A DNA stretch of 64,000 nt from Octopus sinensis (Eukaryota): contig NC_043002.1 of the NCBI RefSeq assembly GCF_006345805.1, forward strand, positions 92,132,001 through 92,196,000. The letters run 5' to 3'. The notes below the pieces were generated by a model. The model searched no databases. It was not told where the DNA came from and saw only the letters and a program-made list of their open reading frames with translations. The translations under genes were made by a program, and so were the position numbers. This document shows positions 52,951 to 64,000 of the stretch, in pieces (the first letter of the stretch is position 1; each line of letters starts with the position of its first letter).

Positions 52951-54239
52951 TGTGGGTGTCTTTTCAATACATTGTCTGGTTTAAAAAGACACATTAGACG
53001 CCATGATGAATCTAAGGTGTAGGTAGGTGGTCAGACTCTGCATAAGGGGTAGACAACCACCATATATATATATATATATATCCTTCGAAACGTAGAGTTG
53101 ATGAAACCATAGCGACTGAAGAAAGGTTTTTTTCTTTGTGTTAATTGTCCTGCACTCCATTTTTTTGTTGTTTTTAAAAAAATGTCCAGTTCCTTTGGTT
53201 TGTGTCTATGTTTTCGTTTCTCTTTGTGTTCGACGTCCCTTTGGTGTCCTGTACTCATATATGCGTGTATATGTACATGTAGAGGTAGGTACGTACATAT
53301 ATGTTTTATATATATGCATATGTTTTATTTCATTATTAATATATATATATATATATCTATATATATATATATATCTATATATATTATATATATCCTCATA
53401 TTCAGTTTTGGGGGATTAATCGATATGCGGGTATTCTATTTCAGATAATACAAAATTAACCTAATGAGTATATCTGACAGTAAGCCCATGGTATCAATTT
53501 CCACATCCCGAAATAATACTTAAAGGATATAACCAAAATTTCCAGCTGGGTATATAATGTACTTCATAAATTATATCATACTTTAGTTAATACTTATATT
53601 TATTAAATATGAAGAAACTACATGTGTTGCAGTATTGGAAGATTACAATATATATACATATACACAACTGTATACCCACATATATACATTATATAAATAC
53701 ATATATGCAATCGTCAGATTTACAAATATTCCAACACATCTTCAGGTTCTATTTCAAAATATTATATATCTAATTTTACATCCCTTTATAAATAAGCAAT
53801 ACAATTAAGCATTAAAGATTAAAAATTACGAATTAAACATTAAGAATGAAAAATAAAAATTATACTTTGTAATATTAAGAATTAAAATTTATAGATTATA
53901 CATTATAAATATGAATTTAGTATATATATCAATTATGTAATATCAAGTATATGTCAAATACAGAATGTGAGATATAAGATTAAACATCAGAATAAAAATG
54001 TCTGTGTTTAAATGTGATATATAACAAGAAAAATTCAAATACGTATCTTCCTTTTTTTACTGGTACTAAAATGGTGATTTGAGGAAAAGAACCTGTATAC
54101 CCATTGTAAATTAATTAATGGTAAAAAATAATAAATTTAAATAAATTAAAAAGATATGTCCGTTTAAAATATAACATTTACAAAGAACTGACATCGTAAA
54201 AATACATATACATTTAGTAATACACATACCAAAAAAACC

Positions 54240-54398
54240 TGGCGAGAGCAAAGAATACGTACACCCAGTGTTTTGGGTTAGGATTAAGGTTAATGTTTAG
54301 GGTTAGGGGTTAGGGTTAGGGTTTAGGGTTGGGATTAGGGTTAGGGTTAGGGTTTTGTTACGCTGAAAACGGATGTGTACGTATACTTTACCTCCGTC
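54240..54398. repeat. Degenerate (TTAGGG)n tract enclosed by imperfect inverted repeats
   Basis: TGGCGAGAGCAAAGAATACGTACACCCAGTGTTTT ... AAAACGGATGTGTACGTATACTTTACCTCCGTCA around roughly a dozen TTAGGG-like units. Confidence 0.65.
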
Positions 54399-54696
54399 AA
54401 AAACATATATATGTACCTATAGTATGTACACTAAACATGCAAACGTTGGTACATGTATTCATACATATCCAAACAAATACAGGCAAAATATAAATATATA
54501 CAAGTGCGTATATAGGTATCACCGTACATATATATATATTATATATATATACGTACATAATACTTCTCCGTATGTGTTTCAAACATACGACCTAGTTGTT
54601 ACAAGCTAAAGAAAGAAAACGAAAAGAAAATCAGAGAATAAGAAATGGTAGGAGAAAGGAAAAGAAGAAAAAAGTGGTGGAAGAAAGAAAAAAGTA

Positions 54697-54771
<75 letters not shown>

Positions 54772-55175
54772 GATTTGGATTTGGGCGTACGTTCTAGTAA
54801 ATATAAAATTTTAGAAATATAAAAAATTGATATGATAATTTTAAAATTTAAATATGAAAACTGAGTAAAAATGAGTAAAAATTTAACCTCGGCAAAATTT
54901 AAATTTAAATTTGTAAAACATTCGAAGGCTTTCTTAAAAGTCGAATGTAATATATGAAAGCGCAGTACATATATAAGATTAATATAGACAGTAGTATGTA
55001 ATGTTTTACCAAAACGGAATACTATAACTGTTCGTCACTAAATATAACTAGGGTGTTAGAAACACCTACATTGCTAGAAATAAGTGCTAAAATGCTCTGA
55101 TGCTGTAGTCAAAGAACGTAATTGTATACATATATGCGGCCAGGGACTATAATCGCCCGAAAACAGCGATCGAGA

Positions 55176-55224
<49 letters not shown>

Positions 55225-56194
55225 GTTCAAATTTATAGAAAACAAAAGACAAGGTCAGATGTAGGAACAACAAGCAGGTGTATTAGTTTAACGCTCGGGA
55301 AAAAATGGAAAAGTCTTTTACGTTTCGAGCCTACGCTCTTCGACAGAAAGAATTAAGAGTAAAAAAGGGAGAGAGAAAGAATGAAAAAGAAAACGGCGAA
55401 AGAAAAATTCGTTGGGAATAACGGTTCAACATGACGAAATAGCCAGAAGAAAGAGGTTGGATGATAGGGAGATAAACGATGACCCGGCCGCGAAATTTTT
55501 TATTCCCCACGTGAGTTCCTGCCCCCAGTTATGAACTCATTTGCATACATCCAGTCAGAGCTCAGCTATCAAACTAGTTTATGAGCGCATAACAAGTGAT
55601 GGGCGATAAGATAAGATTACTCGGGTAAGGAATGACCATGTTTCTTTTCTTTTTTAAGAATGCTTGTTGTTCTTGTTCCTGTTTCAGCCATGGCTGCCTC
55701 TGCTTAGTAATTTGTGTTGTTGTTTACTTCGTAAAACTGTGAAGGGGGAGGGTTGCTAACACATCACCCTCTACCCACACATTTCCCATCCACATCTTTA
55801 CCACATGGGGCCCTAACAAAATCCGACAATAGGAAAAGATGCAAATCTATCTAATTACTTGTCTCCTTCTAAAATCAGGCATAACATGGCGATCGTTCGA
55901 CTTACAACTCCGTTCTTCGTTCGGTAGAGTGTGTTTGTTAACTTGACAACAAGATCAAGGTGAGCTCTGATTGGCTGTATGCAAATGAGCTCATTACTGG
56001 GATCCGGAACTTTCGTGGGAAAACACATTTCGCGATCCGGCCGATCGAATTTCCTCTAGCGCGCGCGTGTATTTGTGAGAATGGTATGTGTGAGTGTGTA
56101 TGTAGGAATGGGAGTGAGTGTGTGAGTATGTACGTGTGGGCGAGCTGAGTAATATGTGAGCCTGGGTGTATGTGTTTAAGTGACACAGGGCATA

Positions 56195-56583
56195 GGCGTA
56201 GGGTGGCTGTGTGGTAAGTAGCTTGCTTACGAACCACATGGTTCCGGGTTCAGTCCCACTGCGTGGCACCTTGGGCAAGTGTCTTCTACTATAGCCTCGG
56301 GCCGACCAAAGCCTTATGAGTGGGTTTGGTAGACGGAAACTGAAAGAAGCCTGTCGTATATATGTATATTATATATATATGTTTGTGTGTCTGTGTTTGT
56401 CCCCCCAACATCGCTTCACAACCGATGCTGGTGTGTTCACGTCCCTGTAACTTAGTAGTTCGGCAAAAGAGACCGATAGAATAAGTACTAGGCTTATAAA
56501 GAATAAGTCCTGGGGTCGATTTGCTCGACTAAAGGCGGTGCTCCAGCATGGCCACAGTCAAATGACTGAAATAAGTAAAAGAG
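56195..56583 (+). mobile_element. tRNA-derived SINE family B (CORE-like, internal TA/TG microsatellite)
   Basis: GTGGCTGTGTGGTAAGTAGCTTGC...GGCACCTTGGGCAAGTG. Other copies near 27810-28030, 28684-28848, 34950-35369, 36340-36620, 36797-37203, 42043-42258, 51431-51825, 52140-52350, 58930-59080, 60410-60810 and 61245-61460. Confidence 0.85.
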
Positions 56584-56612
56584 TGTATACATACATACAT
56601 ATATATACATAC

Positions 56613-56668
<56 letters not shown>

Positions 56669-57106
56669 ACACAAGGATTGTTAAATGATAATTAGGTTGT
56701 AGGGTAGGTTGTGATGGCAAGGTGTTATGAAGAATTTTTAAAAAATAAAATTGGAGATGAACATTATCTAAACTTTAATCATTCATTTAGAACTTTGTTA
56801 TCGGGGGTGTATATTTAGGTATGTCATCTTCAGGTTATAAGGTTTCATAAAAGAATGTAGTTGAGCTGTTAGTCAGCAGATGTGTCAATACTATTCTTAT
56901 TAAAGAATAATAAATTTATTCACTAGCACATGTGTTGAGTAATCCTTCAATTTTAGATACTAGTTTTTATTATAACGTAAAACAAGGATTAATAGATATG
57001 TGCATGTGTGTGTACGTGTATGCGTGTGTGTATAAATATACATACATATTTGTTTAAATATATATATATATATATATATAATATATATTTAGAAATATAT
57101 TCTACA

Positions 57107-58795
57107 CTAGCAGTATCGCCCGGCGTTGCTCGGGTTTGTTTCGACCCGCTGGAATTGTAATTTTGAAAAGTAAAAATTTTGTGAACATTTTTCTGGTCGA
57201 AATACACCGAAAAGTGGCGACACAGCAGTGAAAAAATCGTAAAAAATAGGGATTTTCATAGAAAAAAGCATCTTTTTAATGTAAATAATTTTTGGTGTTA
57301 ACATGGTCCGATTTGAATTTTATGTTCTACGGAAGGAAGAGCAACCCTTCTTCTACCATACTCTCAATTTTGGTCAACTTGCGCCACAGGGTCTCGGAGG
57401 AGATAGTGTTAGTTGAAGGTTACCATTCTAGTTGCCTGAGTAACAACCTCGCGGATTTACAGATAAATGAATTAATTACTATTTTACAGAATAAAATTAA
57501 ATAATTCTTGAAAATGAATTAATATTAATATTTTTTGAACAAAGTATATACTTTTTAAAACTTAAATAATAATTTTTTTTACACAAACGCGAACGGGGAA
57601 AAGGGGGTGGCGAATTCGATTTACATACCTAAATTTTTTCTTTTTCATGACATTGTAGCAAAATAGTAGTGAATTATATAAATACCAGCAGTACATTTTT
57701 TTTTCTGGGGTATTTTTTTTCAACCTCGTCACATATTTGCCCCTTTCAATTTAAACAAAGTTTTAATTAAGCAATTACGGCAGCTTAGCAATGGTTTCAA
57801 TACAGGCGTGACATCTGTATCTCAATTGTTCAAAACCCTTCGAATTTTTTCGCACGTGATGATATCATAGTGAAACTTTCAGTTACGCGCGCTAAGAGTA
57901 CGCTCGCAAATTATACTACCAAAATTTTGAAGTTCGCGCTCCGCTTGTGTGTGTGTGTATACGTGCTTTAGGTGTACGTAGGTATGTGTGTTTTTGTGTG
58001 TGGTGTCACTGAAGCCATACATACATATATACATACATAACCTCTCTCTCTCTCTTTTCTCTCTCAGTCACATTCACTACAAAAAGTGAATAAAAAAAGT
58101 TCAGTTATTTCTGTCTTTCACTCTGTCTGTCTCTTTACACCACTAACAAAAGCACTTCACTTACACACCACACTTTCTGTGTCGCACAACCCATCAAACA
58201 CACCACACACACACACCACACCACACACTCACGCACGCACACATGTACATCAATGCTTTCGGAGTGAAATGTTAAAATATTGAGTTTTCCTCGAATTTTG
58301 TCTTAATTGGGGGTGAAATTGAAAGAAATATATTATGGCATGATCGAATGGAGTACTTTGAAAAATCTTAGGTAAACTCTAATTGAAGAAATTGTGTGAG
58401 GAGTAAATCGTTTGTATTTATTTGTTTCTGTTTGCTGTGTTTTTTTATTTTTTGAGTAGTGGTTTAAATACTTTCAGTTTAGTCTTCCTCAAATCACTCT
58501 GTCGCTATTTACTCTCTTCCAATTACTTTCATTTTATTCGTTGCACACTGTGTGTGTGCGTGTGCGTGTGGTGTAAACCACATTAAGAAAAGCATTTGAC
58601 ATACACACACACAGAATGTGAGTTTTCTGTAAATTTTGCTTAACTGGAGTTTAAATTTTAAAAACTGGACCTGGCATGACCCGATGCATTCTACTCTTAA
58701 AATGCTAGGTAAATTGTAATTGAAGAAATCCTATATTGTAGATTTCTATAACTGACAAAGGGAGGCAGATAAAATCTGCCTTTTATAATAAGAGA
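57107..58795 (-). mobile_element. Non-autonomous Helitron
   Basis: Minus strand begins TCTCTTATTATAAAA, ends with hairpin CCCGAGCAACGCCGGG then CTAG. Inserted between A and T with no TSD. Confidence 0.82.
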
Positions 58796-59216
58796 TATAC
58801 AATATCTGTTCACACAAAAAAGCTCTATATATACATATAAATATATATATATAAATATACTATATATATAAATGATATTAATAATAATATATCATAAAAC
58901 ATATATTATAAAATATATATAAATCTATATACGACGGGCTTCTTTCAGTTTCCGTCAGTGAAATCCACTCACAAGTCTTTGGTCGAACCCGGGCCTTTGG
59001 TAGAAGACACTTGCTCAAGGTATTCTGCAAAGAGATCGAACACGAAAATGGCATTTTTGCAAAGCGAGCTTCTTGCCATAACTGTTGTTTTTTTTTTCTT
59101 TTTTCTTGCAGATCGATCGATCACGAGAATATTTCTACCGTTAAACAGAAGTTAAGCGCTCAAGAAACTGAGTTTCCCTCCATGTGTCTATCCCCAATGA
59201 TTATACTTATGTTAGT

Positions 59217-59601
59217 GTGGAGGCGCAATGGCCCAGTGGTTAGGGCAGCGGACTCGCGGTCGTAGGATCGCGGTTTCGATTCCCAGACCGGGCGTTGTGA
59301 GTGTTTATTGAGCGAAAACACCTAAAAGCTCCACGAGGCTCCGGCAGGGGATGGTGGTGATCCCTGCTGTACTCTTTCACCACAACTTTCTCTCACTCTT
59401 ACTTCCTGTTTCTGTTGTACCTGTATTTCAAAGGGCCGGCCTTGTCACTCTGTGTGTCACGCTGAATATCCCCGAGAACTACGTTAAGGGTGCACGTGTC
59501 TGTGGAGTGCTCAGCCACTTACACGTTAATTTCACGAGCAGGCTGTTCCGTTGATTCGGATGAACCGGAACCCTCGTCGTCGTAACCGACGGAGTGCTTC
59601 C
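59217..59601 (+). mobile_element. tRNA-derived SINE family C with TSD
   Basis: GGAGGCGCAATGGCCCAGTGGTTAGGGCAGCGGACTCGCGG head; TSD TACTTATGTTAGTG. Confidence 0.88.
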
Positions 59602-59939
59602 TTTACTTATGTTAGTGGAAAAATATACTCTAATTCATCTGCACTTTTTTTAGTTCAAATTCCATCATATCAACCGTCATTTCTGTTTGTTTCCGTTTGG
59701 GTTTTTTTTTCCTTCCAAAGTCGATAAAATATTTATCTCTAAAATTTGAGGTCAACTATATCGATTATAAAATTTCCTCTCAAAAAAAAAAAATACAAGA
59801 TAGTGTGTAGAACATTATTTAAGTTTGGGTAATAGAAATCCATATTTCGATAAATAAACTGGTCGAAAACCATCATGTTTCCTCGTCTTAACATGCTTAT
59901 TATGCCCTTTAATACAATAAAGGTAGATAGCTTTATTGT

Positions 59940-60322
59940 GGAAGCACTCCGTCGGTTACGACGACGAGGGTTTCGGTTGATCCGATCAACGGAACAGCCT
60001 GCTCGTGAAATTAACGTGTAATTGGCTGAGCACTCCACAGACACGTGTACCCATAACATAGTTCTCGGGGATATTCAGCATGACACACAGAGTGACAAGG
60101 CCGGCCCTTTGAAATACATGTGCAACAGAAACAGGAGGTAAGAGTGAGAGAAAGTTGTGGTGAAAGAGTACAGCAGGGATCACCACCATCCCCTGCCGGA
60201 GCCTCGTGGGGATTTAGGTGTTTTCGCTCAATAAACACTCACAACGCCCGGTCTGGGAATCGAAACCGCGATCCTACGACCGCGAGTCCGCTGCCCTAAC
60301 CACTGGGCCATTGCGCCTCCAC
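59940..60322 (-). mobile_element. SINE family C, inverted relative to 59217-59601
   Basis: Reverse-complement copy; TSD ATAGCTTTATT. Confidence 0.88.
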
Positions 60323-60541
60323 ATAGCTTTATTAGTACCTTCTGAAAAATATTTAATGGTGTCAAATAAGTTTAAAATAATTTTGTGAACCAAAATATTA
60401 AAATATTTTTCCTGACCTCATGGTTCGGGTTTCAGTTCCACTGAGTGTCACCTTGAGCAAGTGTCTTCTACTATAGCCTCGGGCCGACCAAAGCCTTGTG
60501 AGTGGATTTAGTAGACGGAAACTGAAAGAAGTCTGTCGTAC

Positions 60542-60668
<127 letters not shown>

Positions 60669-60672
60669 AGAG

Positions 60673-60704
<32 letters not shown>

Positions 60705-61147
60705 TCTTTTATTCTTTTATTGTCCCCAGGACTTACTCTTTGTAAGCTTAGTACTTATTCTATCGGTTGTCAAACGATGGGGGTAACAAACACAGACGCA
60801 CAAACACATGTGTGTGTGTGTGTACATACGATGGGTTTCTTTCATATATATATATATATATTGGGACATTTCAGACTCCGACTGAAGAAGCAATTGGCTG
60901 CGAACGATCCGTGTATCTTCTTTTGTCCTGTTTGCCATTGTTGTGCTATCATCCTTTTTTTCCTGCTTGTTATGTTTTGACGATTTCCGTTTGTTGTTTT
61001 TTACCTTTTATATCGAGTGTCTTTGTGTCTGTGTTTGCTCCCTGCTCCCCGTTACGCCTTCCGCTTGACATCCGATGTTCGTGTGTTTACGAGCCCATAA
61101 CTTAGAGGTTCAGCAAAACTGATCGTTAGAATATATATGTGTGTGTT

Positions 61148-61246
<99 letters not shown>

Positions 61247-61467
61247 CTGTTTGTCTCTCACTACCGCTTGACAACCGGTGCTGGTGTATTTACGTCTCCA
61301 TAACATTAGCGTTTCGGCAAAATATACCAACAGAATAAGTACAAGGCTTAGCAAAGTATTAAGTACTGGTGCCGATTCATTCGACTAAAAATTCTTCAGG
61401 ACGGTGCTCCAGCATGGCTGCAGTCTAACGATTGAAAGAAGTAAAAGATAAAAAGGTAAAGATACTA

Positions 61468-62018
61468 TTGGGTTGTCCGGAAAGTTCGTGCCGATTTATA
61501 GTAGCTTATCTTTCGACTTATTTTAGAACATGGTTGAGTCCATAAAATAGGATTTAACTACGCCTCCATTTAGAGCACAATTTAAGCTATTTTTTCGTGG
61601 AAGAAGGTTTATGTTCCTATAACCTGTGTTAAAATGGAAGATAAGAAAGTTCATTTTCGGCACTTGATACTTTGGGAACCAAACAAAAATTGCTGCAGCT
61701 CGGCTGGGATGTGTTACCCCACCCTCCATGTTCACCAGATATTGCTCCTTCGGATTTCCACTTATTCAGGTCTCTGCAGAATAGTCTTAATGGTAAAAAT
61801 TTCAATTCCTTGGATGACGTAAAAAGATACCTTGATGAATTCTTTACCATGAAACCACCTGAATTCTGGGAAGAGGGTTTTTTCAAGTTAAAGGAAAGAT
61901 GGAGACGCATTGTGCAACAAAATAGTTCATATTTGATTGATTAAAAATGTAATGGCAAGTATTTATTGACCCTTTTTCTTTCCTTTAAAAATCGGCACAA
62001 ACTTTCCGGACAACCCAA
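61468..62018 (+). mobile_element. Internally deleted mariner element
   Basis: TA TSDs; ~30-bp TIRs TTGGGTTGTCCGGAAAGTTCGTGCCGATTT. N-terminal MEDKKVHFRHLILWE fused to C-terminal WDVLPHPPCSPDIAPSDFHLFRSL (YSPDLAPSD-type motif). Confidence 0.93.
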
Positions 62019-62654
62019 TATATTCTGTATTCTTATTTTGGTAAGTACCTGTTCATTACACCTTTATTTTATTATCCTCATTAAGGCTACTAAATATTTT
62101 GAGGAAAAATCTTTACCTGGTTTCTCAACCTGCATGAAAGTGTAACCAAATCACACACTACCCCCATAACGAAGGAAGAATTCATTGGATAATACAGTCC
62201 TCGACACCTTGTCCGAATAGAAGACATGACGTCTTGGGCGACGAGGTGGCAGAATCGTTAGCACGCCGGGCGAAATGCGTAACTGTATTTCGTCTGCCGT
62301 TACGTTTCGAGTTCAAATTCCGCCGAGGTCAACTTTGCCTTTCATCCTTTCGGGGTCGATTAAATAAGTACCAGTTATGCACTGGGGTCGATATAATCGA
62401 CTTAATCTGTTTGTCTGTCCTTGTTTGTCCTGCCTGTGTTTAGCCCCTTGTGTGTAGTAAAGAAATAGGTAAATGTCTCTGTGGAGTACTCAGCCACTTG
62501 TACATTAATTTCACCAGCAGGCTGTTCTGTTGATCGGAACATCTGGAACCCTCGTCGACGTAACAGACCAAGTGCCATACAGTTGGTTGGATAACCTCAG
62601 CTGAACGAAGTTTTCCAACTCGCTACATTGTATATGTGAGACAATATCATATTT

Positions 62655-63074
62655 GGATCTTATCGGTTTGAACGGCAGTTCTTTTCTAGCGGTGTTATAT
62701 GAAATTGTCACCCATAATTATGACCCTAGTATCGATCTATTGCATTTCAATCTGTTTCAGGGTTAGGGTTAGGGGTGGGAGGAAGGGTATCTTTTTTTCT
62801 TCAGAAATGTAAATAAACCCAATCTGTTTCTTAAACGATGGACATATTCATACGGCACAGAATGTTTTTTTTACCTCAATACACGTCATTGATTTGTTGA
62901 AATTGCAGAAATTGAAGAAAAAAACAACAAATATCTTACAAACTATAGAATTTTCTCAATAAAGCCAAGAGAAAAAGATGTTTCATAAACACATTCTACC
63001 AGTATACGAAGTTTAAAATTTTTTTAGTTACCTAGAAATTATGTTTAAAACTGCCGTTCAAACCGAAAAGATCC
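62655..63074 (+). mobile_element. Same MITE family, third copy
   Basis: Same TIRs; TSD TCATATTT at 62647-62654 and 63075-63082. Confidence 0.88.
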
Positions 63075-64000
63075 TCATATTTTATGAATGACCACTGTGT
63101 ATGCCTGGTACATTTTGTTTATTAACGATTCCCTGGAGGAGCGAAAGACAGTTAATTTCTCCAAGATGTAAAACTCGAAGACAAATGAGCGAACTAAATA
63201 TTGGTTTCAAAAATTCTGGCACAAAGCCAACAATTACATCGACCTCAGTGTTCGGCTGATACTTATTTTATCGACCAAAAAAAAGATGAAAGGCAAAGTG
63301 GAATTGGAATTCAGAACGTGAAGAGGGACGAAGTGCAGCTCGGCATTTTGCCCGGCATGCTTACGATTCTGCCAGCTCGCCGCCTTCGGGCTGAACTAAA
63401 TATTAGTTTAGAAATTTGGCACTAGGCCAGAGGTTCCCTGGGGAGGGAGTAAGTTCGTTGCATCGATCCCGGTGCCTAACTTGTTTCTATTTTATCGCCC
63501 CCGAAAGGATTAAAGGTATGGTTGACCTCGGCAGGTCAATTGGTTTGAAGTTAGAGCGTAAATAATCGGAAGAAACGCCGTAGAGCACTCTGTCCAACAC
63601 ACTGAGGATTTTGTCAGTTCACCACCTTCTCGAACTTCATAATGCTGGTTTCAAATTTTGGCACAATGCCAGCAATTTGGGGGTGGGGAGGATTAAGTCT
63701 ATTACATTGACCCCAGTGCTTAAATGGTACCTATTTTATCGACTCTGTAAGGATGAAAGGCAAAGTCGACCTCGACGGAATTTGAGCTCAGAAAGTAAAG
63801 GCGGACGAAGTGCCACTAAGCTCGCTGCCTTCCGACTCTACTAAATACTGACGTACGTTTATATATCTCAAAGAATCGAGGAAAGTATTGCTGAGACAAT
63901 TATGGCTGTCCTCATGATCAGCACAATGGTTATTATGAGGACAGACAACGAAGATGATAATGGTGATAATGATAATAACGACGACGACGACGACGACGAT

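Noticed and set aside
54275-54355. True telomere or chromosome-fusion site
   Set aside because: Short, degenerate, single-orientation tract enclosed in inverted repeats.
59217-59292. tRNA-like SINE heads (also 26661, 29045, 41770) as tRNA genes
   Set aside because: A/B boxes are present but the cloverleaf is imperfect, and they run into SINE bodies, some with TSDs.
60860-60915. Further hammerhead candidates around CGACTGAAGAA (also 53084-53130)
   Set aside because: CUGANGA is present, but I could not build a consistent stem II-GAAA-stem III-NUH-stem I fold.

Overview
Repeat-rich, AT-rich eukaryotic DNA with no recognisable host protein-coding gene. The tRNA-derived SINE families suggest an octopus or other cephalopod genome (inference). 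The dominant feature is a head-to-tail array of three near-identical, full-length (~5.5 kb) Tx1/L1-clade non-LTR retrotransposons (8566-25134). They are punctuated by four exact copies of an 18-bp target, TTTCATCGCTACCTGGTG. Removing the array reconstructs a ~1.4-mer of a 357-nt repeat carrying a minimal type I hammerhead ribozyme motif (a retrozyme-like element), and the 18-bp target forms one arm of the ribozyme's predicted extended helix I. A diverged, uninterrupted member of the same ~360-nt hammerhead repeat family lies at 41126-41705 on the minus strand, with fold-back inversions at both ends. The rest of the window holds a decaying tRNA-Leu(TAA) cluster, RTE, Penelope, Tigger and mariner remnants, several MITEs, a non-autonomous Helitron, many SINEs and long microsatellites. 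All structure calls were made by eye; no folding program or database search was run.
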